Shown here: positions 53,341-63,864 of the stretch, in pieces
Layout of the letters: each line of letters starts with the position of its first letter
Position numbering within the stretch: the stretch's first letter is position 1
From: a virus
Taxonomy: Duplodnaviria; Caudoviricetes
Virus record (IMG/VR): IMGVR_UViG_3300010163_000005
Coordinates: 117,781-181,780 of that record
Strand: one strand, 5' to 3'
DNA: 64,000 bases
Translations under genes and position numbers: made by a program
Notes under the pieces: model-generated
What the model was told of the DNA's origin: nothing
Databases searched by the model: none
Seen by the model: the letters and a program-made list of their open reading frames with translations, nothing else

Positions 53341-53410
53341 CATGCCGTGCATTATTTCGTATCCCCCTACAACTATTTTTTGTACCCCGTATGCAAATTT
53401 TTATACCCTA
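53341..53410 (-). repeat. Iteron-like 21-22-bp imperfect repeats (candidate origin)
   Basis: GGGTATAAAAATTTGCATACG / GGGTACAAAAAATAGTTGTAG / GGGGATACGAAATAATGCACG in an AT-rich non-coding stretch. Confidence 0.45.
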
Positions 53411-55231
53411 TCTTTATATCCTTATTTTATAGTGCTATTTTTATAATCTAATTAAAAAATGATGGTATTGTTATAATTGGATATTCTAATTATTAAATTG
53501 TGACGGGTTGAATTTATTAATCTACTGAATTATTGATTTAGTGAATTATTAATTTATATACTTTCTATACATTTTGAAAATAAAATTTTATGTTAAAAAT
53601 AGTTTTGTAATCTTTATCTTTATTTTAATACAATCTATATTTAACAACATCTATAATTAATAATATTTTACTTAATAAATCTTATGTATAAATTTTCTAT
53701 TTTATTTATGCTACTTATTATTTCTTTAATGAAACTTGTGTAATAAAATAATATTTATTATCTAAGCTGTTCTTAATTTAAATTTATTGATTTTTTTAAA
53801 TTGCTGATGTAATATTAAAAAATTATATTTTTTAAATTTATTTAATTGTATAAATGGTTAATTTTTTTGATGGATAAAATAAAATAATTTAAACACTTAA
53901 ATGTAATTTTTATATGATAATTTATGATTTTAAAAACTTTTCTTATAGTTCATTTTTTATAACTATTTTTCTTTATCTCTTTCTTTCCTTTGATTTATTA
54001 TATGACTTCATCATAAAAATATTCCATATCTTACATAAAAAAATTATTATAATTATAAAAATTATAACTGATATGATATCTGTTTGCATAAAATTATATT
54101 CCCCCTTTATTTTTATAATGTTATATTTTAAAAAATTATTGTATAATTCCTCTTTTTTATAAACCACCTTTTTTATTTATAAATCCTTTTCTATAAGTCT
54201 TTCTTTGTAAACCTATTATAAATGCTTTTATATGACCTTTACAGCAGTTCTATAACCTATGTAGTATTTTTTATATCTTAATTTTATTTCGTTTATTAAA
54301 TAGGCTTTTTCGTGCGTTTAAATCGTATTTAAAATTGTGTTGATTTAATATTTTTATTAAAATTAATTTTACCTTAGCCTATTCTTAATTTTATAAAATT
54401 TATTGTTTGGAATTTTAAAAGTCAATATCTTCAAAACATTTATTGTTACATTTTCTTGTTGAATTTTCTGTTATAATCTTCTTATTTACATCTATATAAA
54501 TAGAATCTGTAGTAAAGTTTATAGGGTTACTGCTCTTTTTAAATATGTGACCAATATTATAGTATAAAACACTATATTTATTATTTTTACTATATTCATT
54601 ATTTTTACTATATTTATCATTTACTTTATTCATTTATTAAATGAACACCACCTGTTATTATAATTACTGTTTTATAATTATATCTCTTATAAAATAATAA
54701 TTTTGGTATGTTAAAAATAAGTCTCTTGCTATTTTTTTTAAAACAAAAAATCTTCTATATGTTTTTTTGCATTATTTTAAAACATATACATTGACTGATT
54801 TTTTTGTATATGTTTTCCTCTACTCTTTTTAAATCCTATATATTCCTTTTAGTCACTTTAACTTGTTTACGTTCCTTTACCTTATCTTCGTTCTTAATAT
54901 TTTTTGCTTTTTATAATAAATACTTTCTTGTAATAAAGACTTTTTTGAACCGTTTATTTATTTAGAACATCCTTAATTCCCTTTGTTTTTTGTTCCTTTT
55001 TGTTCAATACTTGTTTTGTTATATAATATTTAAATAAATTTGTTTTTATCTTGTTTATTGATATAATTATTTTTTTTAGAACAGTTATTTCTTATTCGTT
55101 TCTCTTTGGAATGTTTAAAAGTTTTATGACTATCAGGATATAAGATTTAATTAAATTCATATTAAAAAATTATTATTTTATATTTTACTGGCTATTTATA
55201 AAAATATTATTTTTAATACAAAGATTACACG

Positions 55232-56185
55232 CTACTCTATATTAAAACTTATTAATGTTTCTAATAAATCTTTTTTTATTTCATTTTTTATATCAAAAAA
55301 ACCTCTCCATATTTTATTTAGAATAATACCTTTATAATCTCTATAATTATAAACTTTAATAAATAAATTTTTAATCATATCATTATTTTGTAACGTTTCT
55401 ATTATTTTTTTAATTATTTCTCCTGTAAGTTTAAATACTTTATGTTTTAAACATTTGCCTTTTGTATATTGCATTTTTATAAAATTAGGAATTTGATGAT
55501 ATGCTTCTTTTATTTTTTCATCTTGTATTTTATTAATATTAAACATTTTACCAACATAATAATTCGCCATCTGTTTAATATTTTTTTGTTCTTGTATTTT
55601 ACAATTAAATCCATATTTATTTAAAACATTATTAAATAAGTATAATAATGTTATACTTTTATCTCTATTTCTTAACATACCTTTTATTTTTTTAATTACT
55701 TTTTTATTTGTTCGTATACAACAATGATAGTGAACTTCCTTATTAGCTGAAAAATCTAAGTTGGCATAGAAATAATCAATATTACTATTAAAATGTTTTT
55801 GTAATACAATATTTATTATTGAATATATTTGCTCAACATTACTCTTATTAATATTATTAAATAATGAATAATTATCCTTATTAAAATTATCAATATTTGT
55901 TTGTTGCCTTTTGTTAGTATCTTTAATAGTTATAGTAAATCCAATAGAGTTACTAATCAAAAAATTATCTTCTATATTTTGTTTATTTTTATTGGCATTA
56001 ATTTTTAAAGTTTCTAATGACTTATAATTATTATAATTTTTAGAAATACCAAGATTACCTCTTGAACCTAAATTATGATTTTGTCCAGTACATATTGTTA
56101 TTCCATTAATATTATATTTTATATTTACCATATAATTATCAGGTAGCTTTTTTAAATTATCTTTATTTATAGCGTCTAACTTCAT
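55232..56185 (-). CDS. HUH-superfamily rolling-circle Rep-like endonuclease
   Basis: Motif 1 GFTITI, motif 2 VHYHCCI, motif 3 NYYVGK. Confidence 0.62.
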   Translation of the reverse strand: MKLDAINKDNLKKLPDNYMVNIKYNINGITICTGQNHNLGSRGNLGISKNYNNYKSLETLKINANKNKQNIEDNFLISNSIGFTITIKDTNKRQQTNIDNFNKDNYSLFNNINKSNVEQIYSIINIVLQKHFNSNIDYFYANLDFSANKEVHYHCCIRTNKKVIKKIKGMLRNRDKSITLLYLFNNVLNKYGFNCKIQEQKNIKQMANYYVGKMFNINKIQDEKIKEAYHQIPNFIKMQYTKGKCLKHKVFKLTGEIIKKIIETLQNNDMIKNLFIKVYNYRDYKGIILNKIWRGFFDIKNEIKKDLLETLISFNIE

Positions 56186-56576
56186 TTTTACTTCCCCTTT
56201 ATTCTTATTAACTTATTTATTAAATAAAATTTATGTGTTATTTTTATATTAACTTTTTACTAATTTTTTCAATTTTTAGTTATACTTCAATAAAAAAATA
56301 TATATAAAAAATAAATAAAAATTAATCATAATTTTTATTTATTCCATATTTTTTTAATTATGCAATATTTTAATATATAACTTGCACAAATATTTAATTT
56401 GCTATAGGGAAAATTTTTAAAAATTACTATTTTTTGAATTTTTTATTATTTAAAATTGCAAAATTTAGAAATAATAAAGTATAAGAATTATTTTTATAAG
56501 AAAAATCACTTATAATAAAAAATCCATTGTATATATACAATGGATTAAATTTATATTAAGGTTTATATATTAAGAA

Positions 56577-57092
56577 TTATATATTAGACATTTTATCAAT
56601 AATTGATTGAACATTAGCTAATTGTTTTTTAGAAAAGGTTTTTGCCAATTTACTTTTTCGTTTATGATTAGGAGCGGCTTTATAATATTCTAATCTTGAT
56701 ATATTTAGATCAAATATATAACCATACTCACAATCCTCACATTTTAAAAAACCTTTATTATCAGTCATATATATAAAAGTGTTGTTATTAATACACTTAT
56801 TATATATAAAGAAATTACCTTGTAGAACACGAAGCGTTTCATGCCAATTTTCAATTTGTTCATTGTTTACAAGACCAAGTTTTTTACATTGTTCAAATTC
56901 CTGTTGGTTAGGAATTTCATTTTCATCAACCATTATGATGTTGTTAAAAAAGTTTCTTAATTCTTCAACAGTATGTTGATTAAGAAATTCTATAAATTGA
57001 ACTCCTAACCATTGAGGATAACTGTCTGAATGATTATAAGTTATCTTTTCCATTCCATCATATCTAAAACCATAAATTCCTTTTGTACTCAT
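56577..57092 (-). CDS. Conserved phage hypothetical protein
   Basis: MSTKG.YG......YNHSDSYPQWLG...CEYGYIFDL. Confidence 0.7.
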   Translation of the reverse strand: MSTKGIYGFRYDGMEKITYNHSDSYPQWLGVQFIEFLNQHTVEELRNFFNNIIMVDENEIPNQQEFEQCKKLGLVNNEQIENWHETLRVLQGNFFIYNKCINNNTFIYMTDNKGFLKCEDCEYGYIFDLNISRLEYYKAAPNHKRKSKLAKTFSKKQLANVQSIIDKMSNI

Positions 57093-57143
57093 AATTAAAA
57101 TCTTCCTTTCTGTTTTATAAATTATATTAGTTATTTAATTAAT

Positions 57144-57443
57144 TTAACAATTAACAGCTTTCATTTTTTGTATAATTATATCTAAACATTCTTCAAGATA
57201 ATCTGTTATGATATTCCATACACGATAATTAGTTGTCATTTTTTTTACTTGTTCAAAGATAGCAAGACTATCACTATCATAATTTAAAATTTTATTAAAT
57301 GTTTTTTCTGTCATAGTAATATAAGGAACAAATCCATTACCATAACAATCTTTTATAAAATCTTTTTTAGTGATTTGGCTTTCTACAATTGATGTAATAT
57401 TCTTATTACCTTTAAAGTGTCCGATAGCAATATAAATTTTCAT
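57144..57443 (-). CDS. Hypothetical protein
   Basis: AAGGAG RBS. Confidence 0.6.
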   Translation of the reverse strand: MKIYIAIGHFKGNKNITSIVESQITKKDFIKDCYGNGFVPYITMTEKTFNKILNYDSDSLAIFEQVKKMTTNYRVWNIITDYLEECLDIIIQKMKAVNC

Positions 57444-57483
57444 TTTTATCTACTCCTTATATTATAAATTATTTTATTTATTA

Positions 57484-57511
57484 TGCAACCCTCATTTTGT
57501 AGAGGGTTGCA
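57484..57511 (-). terminator. Hairpin terminator
   Basis: tgcaaccctc-attttgta-gagggttgca. Confidence 0.65.
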
Positions 57512-57520
57512 CTTATAAGA

Positions 57521-57997
57521 TTAAGCTATTTGTATTTGTGGAGAAGTTTCTACTTTAGTAGAACCATAGAAGTCTCTAATTTCCTCTAAAGAAAATATTT
57601 TATTACTTCTTTTCTGAAATGGTTCACTATGAAAATACCAAGCAGATTTTTTCTTGCTCCACTTAAAACCATTTGATTTTAAAATGTTTTTAAATGGATA
57701 TGTATTTCCGCTTACCCAAATCCAACTGCCGATTATTTCAATGTCTGCTTCAATATTGATTATGTTGTTTATCTTTTCTCTTAAAATAATATCAATATCA
57801 ACATTGAAATTCTCAAAAGAATTTTCTTTATTCTCTCTTGCCTTATCTTTGAGCTGATTAAAAAGCACTTCATATTCTGCGTTAATCTCTTGTGTAATTT
57901 TTACATCTCCACCATTGTCAGGATGGAACTCTTTAACCAATTTTCTATATACGTTTCTCAATTCTCCGAGTGTTTTAATGTTTGTAAAATATTTCAT
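57521..57997 (-). CDS. J-domain (DnaJ-like) protein of mobile elements
   Basis: YRKLVKEFHPDNGG...INAEY; IIGSWIWVSG.T.P.K..LK..GFKWS.KK.AWY. Confidence 0.85.
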   Translation of the reverse strand: MKYFTNIKTLGELRNVYRKLVKEFHPDNGGDVKITQEINAEYEVLFNQLKDKARENKENSFENFNVDIDIILREKINNIINIEADIEIIGSWIWVSGNTYPFKNILKSNGFKWSKKKSAWYFHSEPFQKRSNKIFSLEEIRDFYGSTKVETSPQIQIA

Positions 57998-58106
57998 ATC
58001 AATCGTCTCCTTTTATCTTAATGTGTTGAGATTTTATGTATCTCTTTAACTTAATTATATTATATCAAATATTTAAAACTTTGTCAACAATTATTTTTAA
58101 AAAATA
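57991..58106 (-). repeat. 116-bp promoter cassette, copy 2
   Basis: About 95% identical to 5956-6071. Confidence 0.92.
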
Positions 58107-58363
58107 GAAAATTTTTATAAATTAAAGTTTTGTCCTGAATATTTAATTATTTTTAGCATTTTGCGTTATATTATTTGTGCTGCAAAATTTTTTTTAATAA
58201 AAAATACAAGGAAACTATGTCCTTGTATTGGTTATTAAATAATTTATTAATAAATTTATGAAATAATTTTACTTCTAATTACTGTATGCTTAAAAAATTT
58301 CGTAGCTTACTCATTTCAGTATAGCTATATTTTTTTTAAGCATAATAATTTACGTTTATATTA

Positions 58364-59059
58364 TTATTCACCCCCTTTTATTATTTGTTCTATTTGTTCA
58401 TCTGAAAATCCATCAATAACATATTTTGATGTATTTATATTCTCAATTAACCCATATAACACTTGTTCCATTTGGCAAAATGTTAAATTGGAATTATTAT
58501 ATTTAGATACATCTACACCGTTTTGTAAACCAAGCAATATTTGTTCCATTTATTTTGGAGTTAAATTGGGGTTTAGATAATAAGAAACATCTACTTTATT
58601 TATTAATCCACTTTTAATTAAATTCATTTGAAGAGCAGTATATTTACAATCGGCATAACATGATACATCAATTTCATTTATTAATCCTAATCCGTCTTTT
58701 ATTTCTTTCATTTGGTCTGCATCAAAACAATAATTAGCATATAACGATATATTTATATTATTTTGTAACCCTTATCTTATTTCTCGCATTTGATTTTCAT
58801 TGAATTTTGGATTAGAATAATAAGATATGTTTAAATTATTTAATAATCCAATTCTAATTTCATTCATTTGTTTGTAATTATAATTAGTTTGTGCATATTT
58901 AGATACATCTAACTTATCTAATAGACCAATTCTAATTACAAACATTTATTTCCAGTTAAAATGAAAATTTTCATATATAGAAGTATTTAAATTATTTAAT
59001 TTGCCTAATCTAATTTCTCGTTGTTGATATTCATCATATGATTTATTTTTTTTAAACAT
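58364..59059 (-). pseudogene. Decayed paralog of the 26-aa repeat protein (41914-42714)
   Basis: Q(M/R)..IR.GL..LDVS.Y repeats broken by in-frame stops (TAA at Gln positions). Confidence 0.75.
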
Positions 59060-59124
59060 TTTATTATTTTTCTTTCTTTAAGTATTAATATATTTAAAAT
59101 GATAGTTTTATAAAATTATTTAAA

Positions 59125-59895
59125 CTAAACTTTATCGACTAAATTATAAACAATTATTTTTAATTCATTTAATTCTTTTTGTATATTTTCTATTCTATTT
59201 ATAATTTCTTGTATATTGTCTAACCTTGTGTTGAAGTTAGAATTAGAATTTATAAAATTACAATTATCAGTATTTTTGCTAAAGTTTTTGAAATCATTAT
59301 CAATTCTTTGTGCAGCATTAAATACCACAATGGGTTCACCATTTGAAGCGGTCGTAAACATTGTATTACCAGAAGTTAGTAATATTTCTGTTAAGTAATT
59401 TATACGAGTACCTACAATCCATGAACAAATATCTATATTAATTTTTGTAAGAATATTATCCAACAAGTACATACTGATATATCTACACACATTAGGGTCT
59501 GTCTTATCCCAACCACCTTTATGTGATTCAGCTACTTTTTGAAACTCTTTATTATTCTTTGTATCAGTCATCAACTTATCATCTATAAATACCTCAAATA
59601 CATATTCTTGAGAATACTCGATTATCTTTCTTATAACTAAGTGATTAAATATCTTATCTTCTAAATAAGTTACTGATTCACTTAATATTTGCCCAAGAGC
59701 ATTTTTTAAAAATATTCCTAAATAAAACTTTTCTGGCATAGATGTCAACTTTTGTTGATTAAATATTTGATTAATATTATATACTTCCTTACTCAATAAC
59801 TTATGTAGATAACTTTTCTTACTATCCATTATTGGTTCAGTATATATTGTCATATATAACACATTAACATTTTTATCTCTATATAAACCTAACAT
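59125..59895 (-). CDS. Hypothetical protein
   Basis: 256 aa, RBS. Confidence 0.6.
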   Translation of the reverse strand: MLGLYRDKNVNVLYMTIYTEPIMDSKKSYLHKLLSKEVYNINQIFNQQKLTSMPEKFYLGIFLKNALGQILSESVTYLEDKIFNHLVIRKIIEYSQEYVFEVFIDDKLMTDTKNNKEFQKVAESHKGGWDKTDPNVCRYISMYLLDNILTKINIDICSWIVGTRINYLTEILLTSGNTMFTTASNGEPIVVFNAAQRIDNDFKNFSKNTDNCNFINSNSNFNTRLDNIQEIINRIENIQKELNELKIIVYNLVDKV

Positions 59896-60031
59896 AGCTT
59901 ATCTTCCTTTACTCTTTATTTTTTAAATAACATACAATTCTTTTGTATATAATATTTAAATTACTTATACATTCTATTTTCTGTACTATATTAAAAATTT
60001 ATAGCTTTTAAATCTGTAGAATTATTTGAAT

Positions 60032-60952
60032 TTATCTCAATGCACTTAGTTTTATAAGTGCTTTAAAATTATTTTTCATAGTTTTTAACAAAGGATTAAT
60101 AAATATAGGATCAATAAATTGATAATTATTTGTATTTAAGATATCTTTTTTAATTAAATAATTTAGCGTAGAATAATTTGCATACTTAACTAAAAAATTA
60201 ATATCCTCATTTTTAATACCAAATTCTTGTATAAATTCAAGTATGTGTATAATTACTTCTTGTAATTCTTCATCTTCATAAACTTCATGTTTATAAAAAT
60301 TAAATATATATTTTGTATAACTTAATATAGTATTAAAATTATGATAAGGCAATATAGTTTTATTTGTTATGATTTTTAATATTTTAATATCGTTTTCTGT
60401 ATATTTATTTTTTTTATTTACTTCGCCTTCTATTCCAGTATGATAAAACATATTAAAATGTACATCATCAAAAGTCGTATCATTACAATTTAATATATCT
60501 GAATTAAGTATATCTATATTGAATTGTAAATGATAAGTATTTATATCATTAAAATTTTTTAACCAAAAATATTCTATCTTTTCTTCAAAAGTTATTATAT
60601 TTTTATTTGGTGGTAAACCAACCAGACCAGTTAATTGATAATAATACTTGTTAATATATTGTCTTTTTATTGCTTGTTGTGCTTTATTCATATAATTACT
60701 TATATAGAAATTACTATTTAAAATCTGATATATTAATATATATTCTATATTAGGAACATTTAAATATTCCTTTTGTATACAACAAACATTATTAAAATTA
60801 AAAAGTGAGTTCAATGTAGCCAATTTAATTGTATTAGATATGCAAAAAGAATACTTTTTAATCATCTGATAAAATGATAAATTAAAATAACTATTTAATT
60901 TATATGGCTCTAATATATTTATAATGTCATTATGTAATTCTCGTATATTCAT
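60032..60952 (-). CDS. Paralog family B protein
   Basis: LEPYKLNSYFNLSFY...YYQLT...ILNCNDTTFD; promoter at 60985-61013. Confidence 0.7.
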   Translation of the reverse strand: MNIRELHNDIINILEPYKLNSYFNLSFYQMIKKYSFCISNTIKLATLNSLFNFNNVCCIQKEYLNVPNIEYILIYQILNSNFYISNYMNKAQQAIKRQYINKYYYQLTGLVGLPPNKNIITFEEKIEYFWLKNFNDINTYHLQFNIDILNSDILNCNDTTFDDVHFNMFYHTGIEGEVNKKNKYTENDIKILKIITNKTILPYHNFNTILSYTKYIFNFYKHEVYEDEELQEVIIHILEFIQEFGIKNEDINFLVKYANYSTLNYLIKKDILNTNNYQFIDPIFINPLLKTMKNNFKALIKLSALR

Positions 60953-61152
60953 TTTAACACCTCTTATTGTATATTATTTATTATATTATAATATTAATTT
61001 ATGTATTGGTCAATAGTATTTATTATAGAACATATTATAGAACAAAAAGAGAGGATTTATATAAATCCTCTCTTTAAGAAAAATTCCACATATTCAATCT
61101 TAAATTTTATAGTTATATATTCTCTTTATTATGTTTATAAATAAAATATTTT

Positions 61153-61638
61153 TTATTTAAGCATTTTACTATAAACACTATTAATATTAGTCTCAACAGA
61201 TTTCGCCCAGTTTGAATTATCTGGACAATATACGGAATTTATTTGTTGTAAAGTAAATCTTCCATTATTAAAATGAACATTTTTAATATTTCTACCAAAG
61301 GCTTTAATGCTATCACCTATGTTGTCATAATAAGCGTACCCACCTTTAACGCTTGTTAGTCCAAAAGCGTTATTACGGCTTTTTCCTGTTCCTGTTGTAC
61401 CAAAACCGGTTTCAGTTTGAGCAACAGCTAATATAAATAAAGCATTAACATCATTAGCCTTTTCAGTATCTAATATTGTTTGCTCATAACCGTATAATGG
61501 TGTTCCTTTTGTTACTTTTTGTAATTGTTCAATACTCGCATAACTATAACTATTAATGCCTTTAGTTAAATTTGCAGCATATGCTTTTGATTGAAATAAA
61601 CTTATTATAAAAAGTAAACATATTATTTTTTTTATCAT
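61153..61638 (-). CDS. Secreted glucosaminidase (GH73) domain protein
   Basis: Signal peptide ending AYA; VNALFILAVAQTETGFG, NNAFGL, YCPD..WA. Confidence 0.85.
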   Translation of the reverse strand: MIKKIICLLFIISLFQSKAYAANLTKGINSYSYASIEQLQKVTKGTPLYGYEQTILDTEKANDVNALFILAVAQTETGFGTTGTGKSRNNAFGLTSVKGGYAYYDNIGDSIKAFGRNIKNVHFNNGRFTLQQINSVYCPDNSNWAKSVETNINSVYSKMLK

Positions 61639-61801
61639 AAAACTATCTCCTTATATCGTTTCTACTTTCTTTTCGATTAATTTAAAGGAGAATATATAAC
61701 TTAAATTAATTTTAACATTTTTTTGACATTTTGTCAAATATTTTTTATATATATGAAATAAAATATTAATAGATTATTTATTACAAATTATTTATTATGA
61801 T

Positions 61802-62767
61802 TTATTCCAATTTAAGACTCATAGTTTTATTTTGTAACATATAGTATACAATCTTTCTATTGGGAATTTTAACATAATTCTTTTGATAGTTATTTATTAA
61901 TTTAATTAATTTGTTTGTATTATCCATAATTATATCTTTTTTATCACTTAAAAAACTAACAAATAAGTAATCTAAACAAATAAATTCAGTATTTATATAG
62001 TTTTCAGTGATTATATTTTGTACTATATAACTATTAAATTTATTGTAAAATTTATCAGTTAAATCCAATGAATTATTAACATCAGGCTTTAAATTAAACA
62101 AATTACTTCTAACTGGTAACTTATTTTCTAATTCATTTAATATTAGATTTAATTCATTTAATATTAGATGTCCATTATGATTAATTTTTGATAACTGCGT
62201 ATTATCAAATATATATTCTAAAACTTCACTTAGTTTTGTAAAATTTCCTATTATGTCTTTATAAATAAGAGTAATTTCTAATAAAACATGATATTGTTTA
62301 GGTTCGATAATATATTTACATATTTCATTAAGTTCAAATAATCTGGAAAAAACAATGTTATCTAAATAATAAAATAATTTACCTAAATATAAAAATTGTC
62401 TTGTTTTACCACCATAAATACCACCAATAACATATTTAGAAGTGTTTTTTGTAAATTTTTCTTGAAGTTGAAAATCTTTTATACATTTACTATAATTATT
62501 CATTTTTTTATTAGTTAAATAATTATTTCTATCTTTTGCAACAATAAATTTTTCATCTTTAAGTTTATCCATAAGATTAAATGATTTTACTATGTCTATA
62601 AAGTTGTCTATAGGTATAGATATTTCTTCTTGCCTATTGTTACTATCTTTTACACAAAAATTTACATAGCAATTGGTTTTAGAAAGTGTAAGATTTAAGC
62701 CTAAATTATCTATATCAATAGATAAATTATTATTTAATCCTTTGTATTTTTGTAGTTTTTTGTACAT
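61802..62767 (-). CDS. Hypothetical protein
   Basis: 321 aa, RBS; internal 21-bp duplication (LILNELN/LILNELE). Confidence 0.6.
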   Translation of the reverse strand: MYKKLQKYKGLNNNLSIDIDNLGLNLTLSKTNCYVNFCVKDSNNRQEEISIPIDNFIDIVKSFNLMDKLKDEKFIVAKDRNNYLTNKKMNNYSKCIKDFQLQEKFTKNTSKYVIGGIYGGKTRQFLYLGKLFYYLDNIVFSRLFELNEICKYIIEPKQYHVLLEITLIYKDIIGNFTKLSEVLEYIFDNTQLSKINHNGHLILNELNLILNELENKLPVRSNLFNLKPDVNNSLDLTDKFYNKFNSYIVQNIITENYINTEFICLDYLFVSFLSDKKDIIMDNTNKLIKLINNYQKNYVKIPNRKIVYYMLQNKTMSLKLE

Positions 62768-62886
62768 TTTTATATCCTTTCTTATTTATATTTTTTATTA
62801 TACCATAATAAATATTTATGTAATAGTCAATAATTTTAAAATAAAAAGGGTAAGCATACAATCACTTACCCTCTCCAGAAGATATA

Positions 62887-63765
62887 TTAATTATTTTTAA
62901 TACTGTTGTTTATAATTGAATACGCCTTATCCAAAAGCTGATATCCATTTACAATATTTAAAAATTTTTTTGCATAAAAGCTATTTGTTTTTCTTTTAGG
63001 TTCTAGATTGCTAATATACGAAGATACTCCCATAATAAAATTAAAAGCCGTATTACCGCATATATGTGACATCAAGGAGTTTTGTTGTTCTTCGATATTT
63101 TCATATTGTTTAGTAGATAAGTTATTTTTCATAGGAAACAGCATTTTAACAAACATAGTTTTTTGTTGCTCTGTAAATGTAATCTTATTAAGTTTATTTG
63201 TTTCTTGTATAAGCTCTTGTATATAAGAATGAGCCATAGATAAAGTGTCTTTAGCAATTTTCATTTTTGCATTGACCGATTTAGAATGTACAGCGTTCCA
63301 ATTTCTTTTATGAAAAAGATTTAAGTTCAGAGGGTTGCCCTCAATAACAGGAACAATATTAACTTTTACACTGCTTTTGCCATCATGAGAATTAGTAAAA
63401 ACCAATTTACAATCTATATTTTCTTTTAAACAGTCAACATAAATGTTTTTTAAATCTGTTTTCAAGTAAATAAATTTTCCATTGTTTAAATCACCAGCAG
63501 TTTCAGGAACAATATCATTTTTCAGCAACTCGTTTACAAAGTCAAACGCTTCATTATTTTGAACAATTTCATATCTATTCGTTACAATTCCAAGAACGGC
63601 TTTATCTGTACTGCGAAGATTGACTTTTGTATTTGGTATTTCTGTTCCATCTTCAAGAAATAAATTTTCCTGTATAACATTCCAACTTAAATTAGTAACT
63701 TCTAAAATTTTTTCAACTGTTGTAGCTTGCATTACATTAGGGTCTGTTTTGGTTAAGTAATTCAT
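62887..63765 (-). CDS. DUF932 (phage/plasmid TIGR03299-like) protein, degenerate
   Basis: LSW.V, R.TD..VLG.V..RY..VQN.EAF.F, ETAG.L..G, NSHDG; the conserved CxN is replaced (EGN); GGAGGT RBS. Confidence 0.8.
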   Translation of the reverse strand: MNYLTKTDPNVMQATTVEKILEVTNLSWNVIQENLFLEDGTEIPNTKVNLRSTDKAVLGIVTNRYEIVQNNEAFDFVNELLKNDIVPETAGDLNNGKFIYLKTDLKNIYVDCLKENIDCKLVFTNSHDGKSSVKVNIVPVIEGNPLNLNLFHKRNWNAVHSKSVNAKMKIAKDTLSMAHSYIQELIQETNKLNKITFTEQQKTMFVKMLFPMKNNLSTKQYENIEEQQNSLMSHICGNTAFNFIMGVSSYISNLEPKRKTNSFYAKKFLNIVNGYQLLDKAYSIINNSIKNN

Positions 63766-63834
63766 AGTTAATACCTCCATTTATCTTTAAGTATTTTTGT
63801 TCATAAGTTTTATTTATATGTAACTTACGTTTAT

Positions 63835-63864
63835 ATTATAACAAACTATTTATAACTTTGTCAA
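63835..63864 (-). promoter_or_regulatory. sigmaA consensus promoter
   Basis: TTGACA-18-TATAAT. Confidence 0.75.

Noticed and set aside
61153-61638. Lysis cassette
   Set aside because: A lone signal-peptide GH73 domain with no adjacent holin or structural genes.
485-63226. Plus-strand ORFs in the track other than 24568-26751 (e.g. 485-820, 7398-7730, 18689-19186, 32752-32961, 52779-53168)
   Set aside because: They are antisense shadows of minus-strand genes or tRNAs, with F/L/I/S-rich composition and no RBS.
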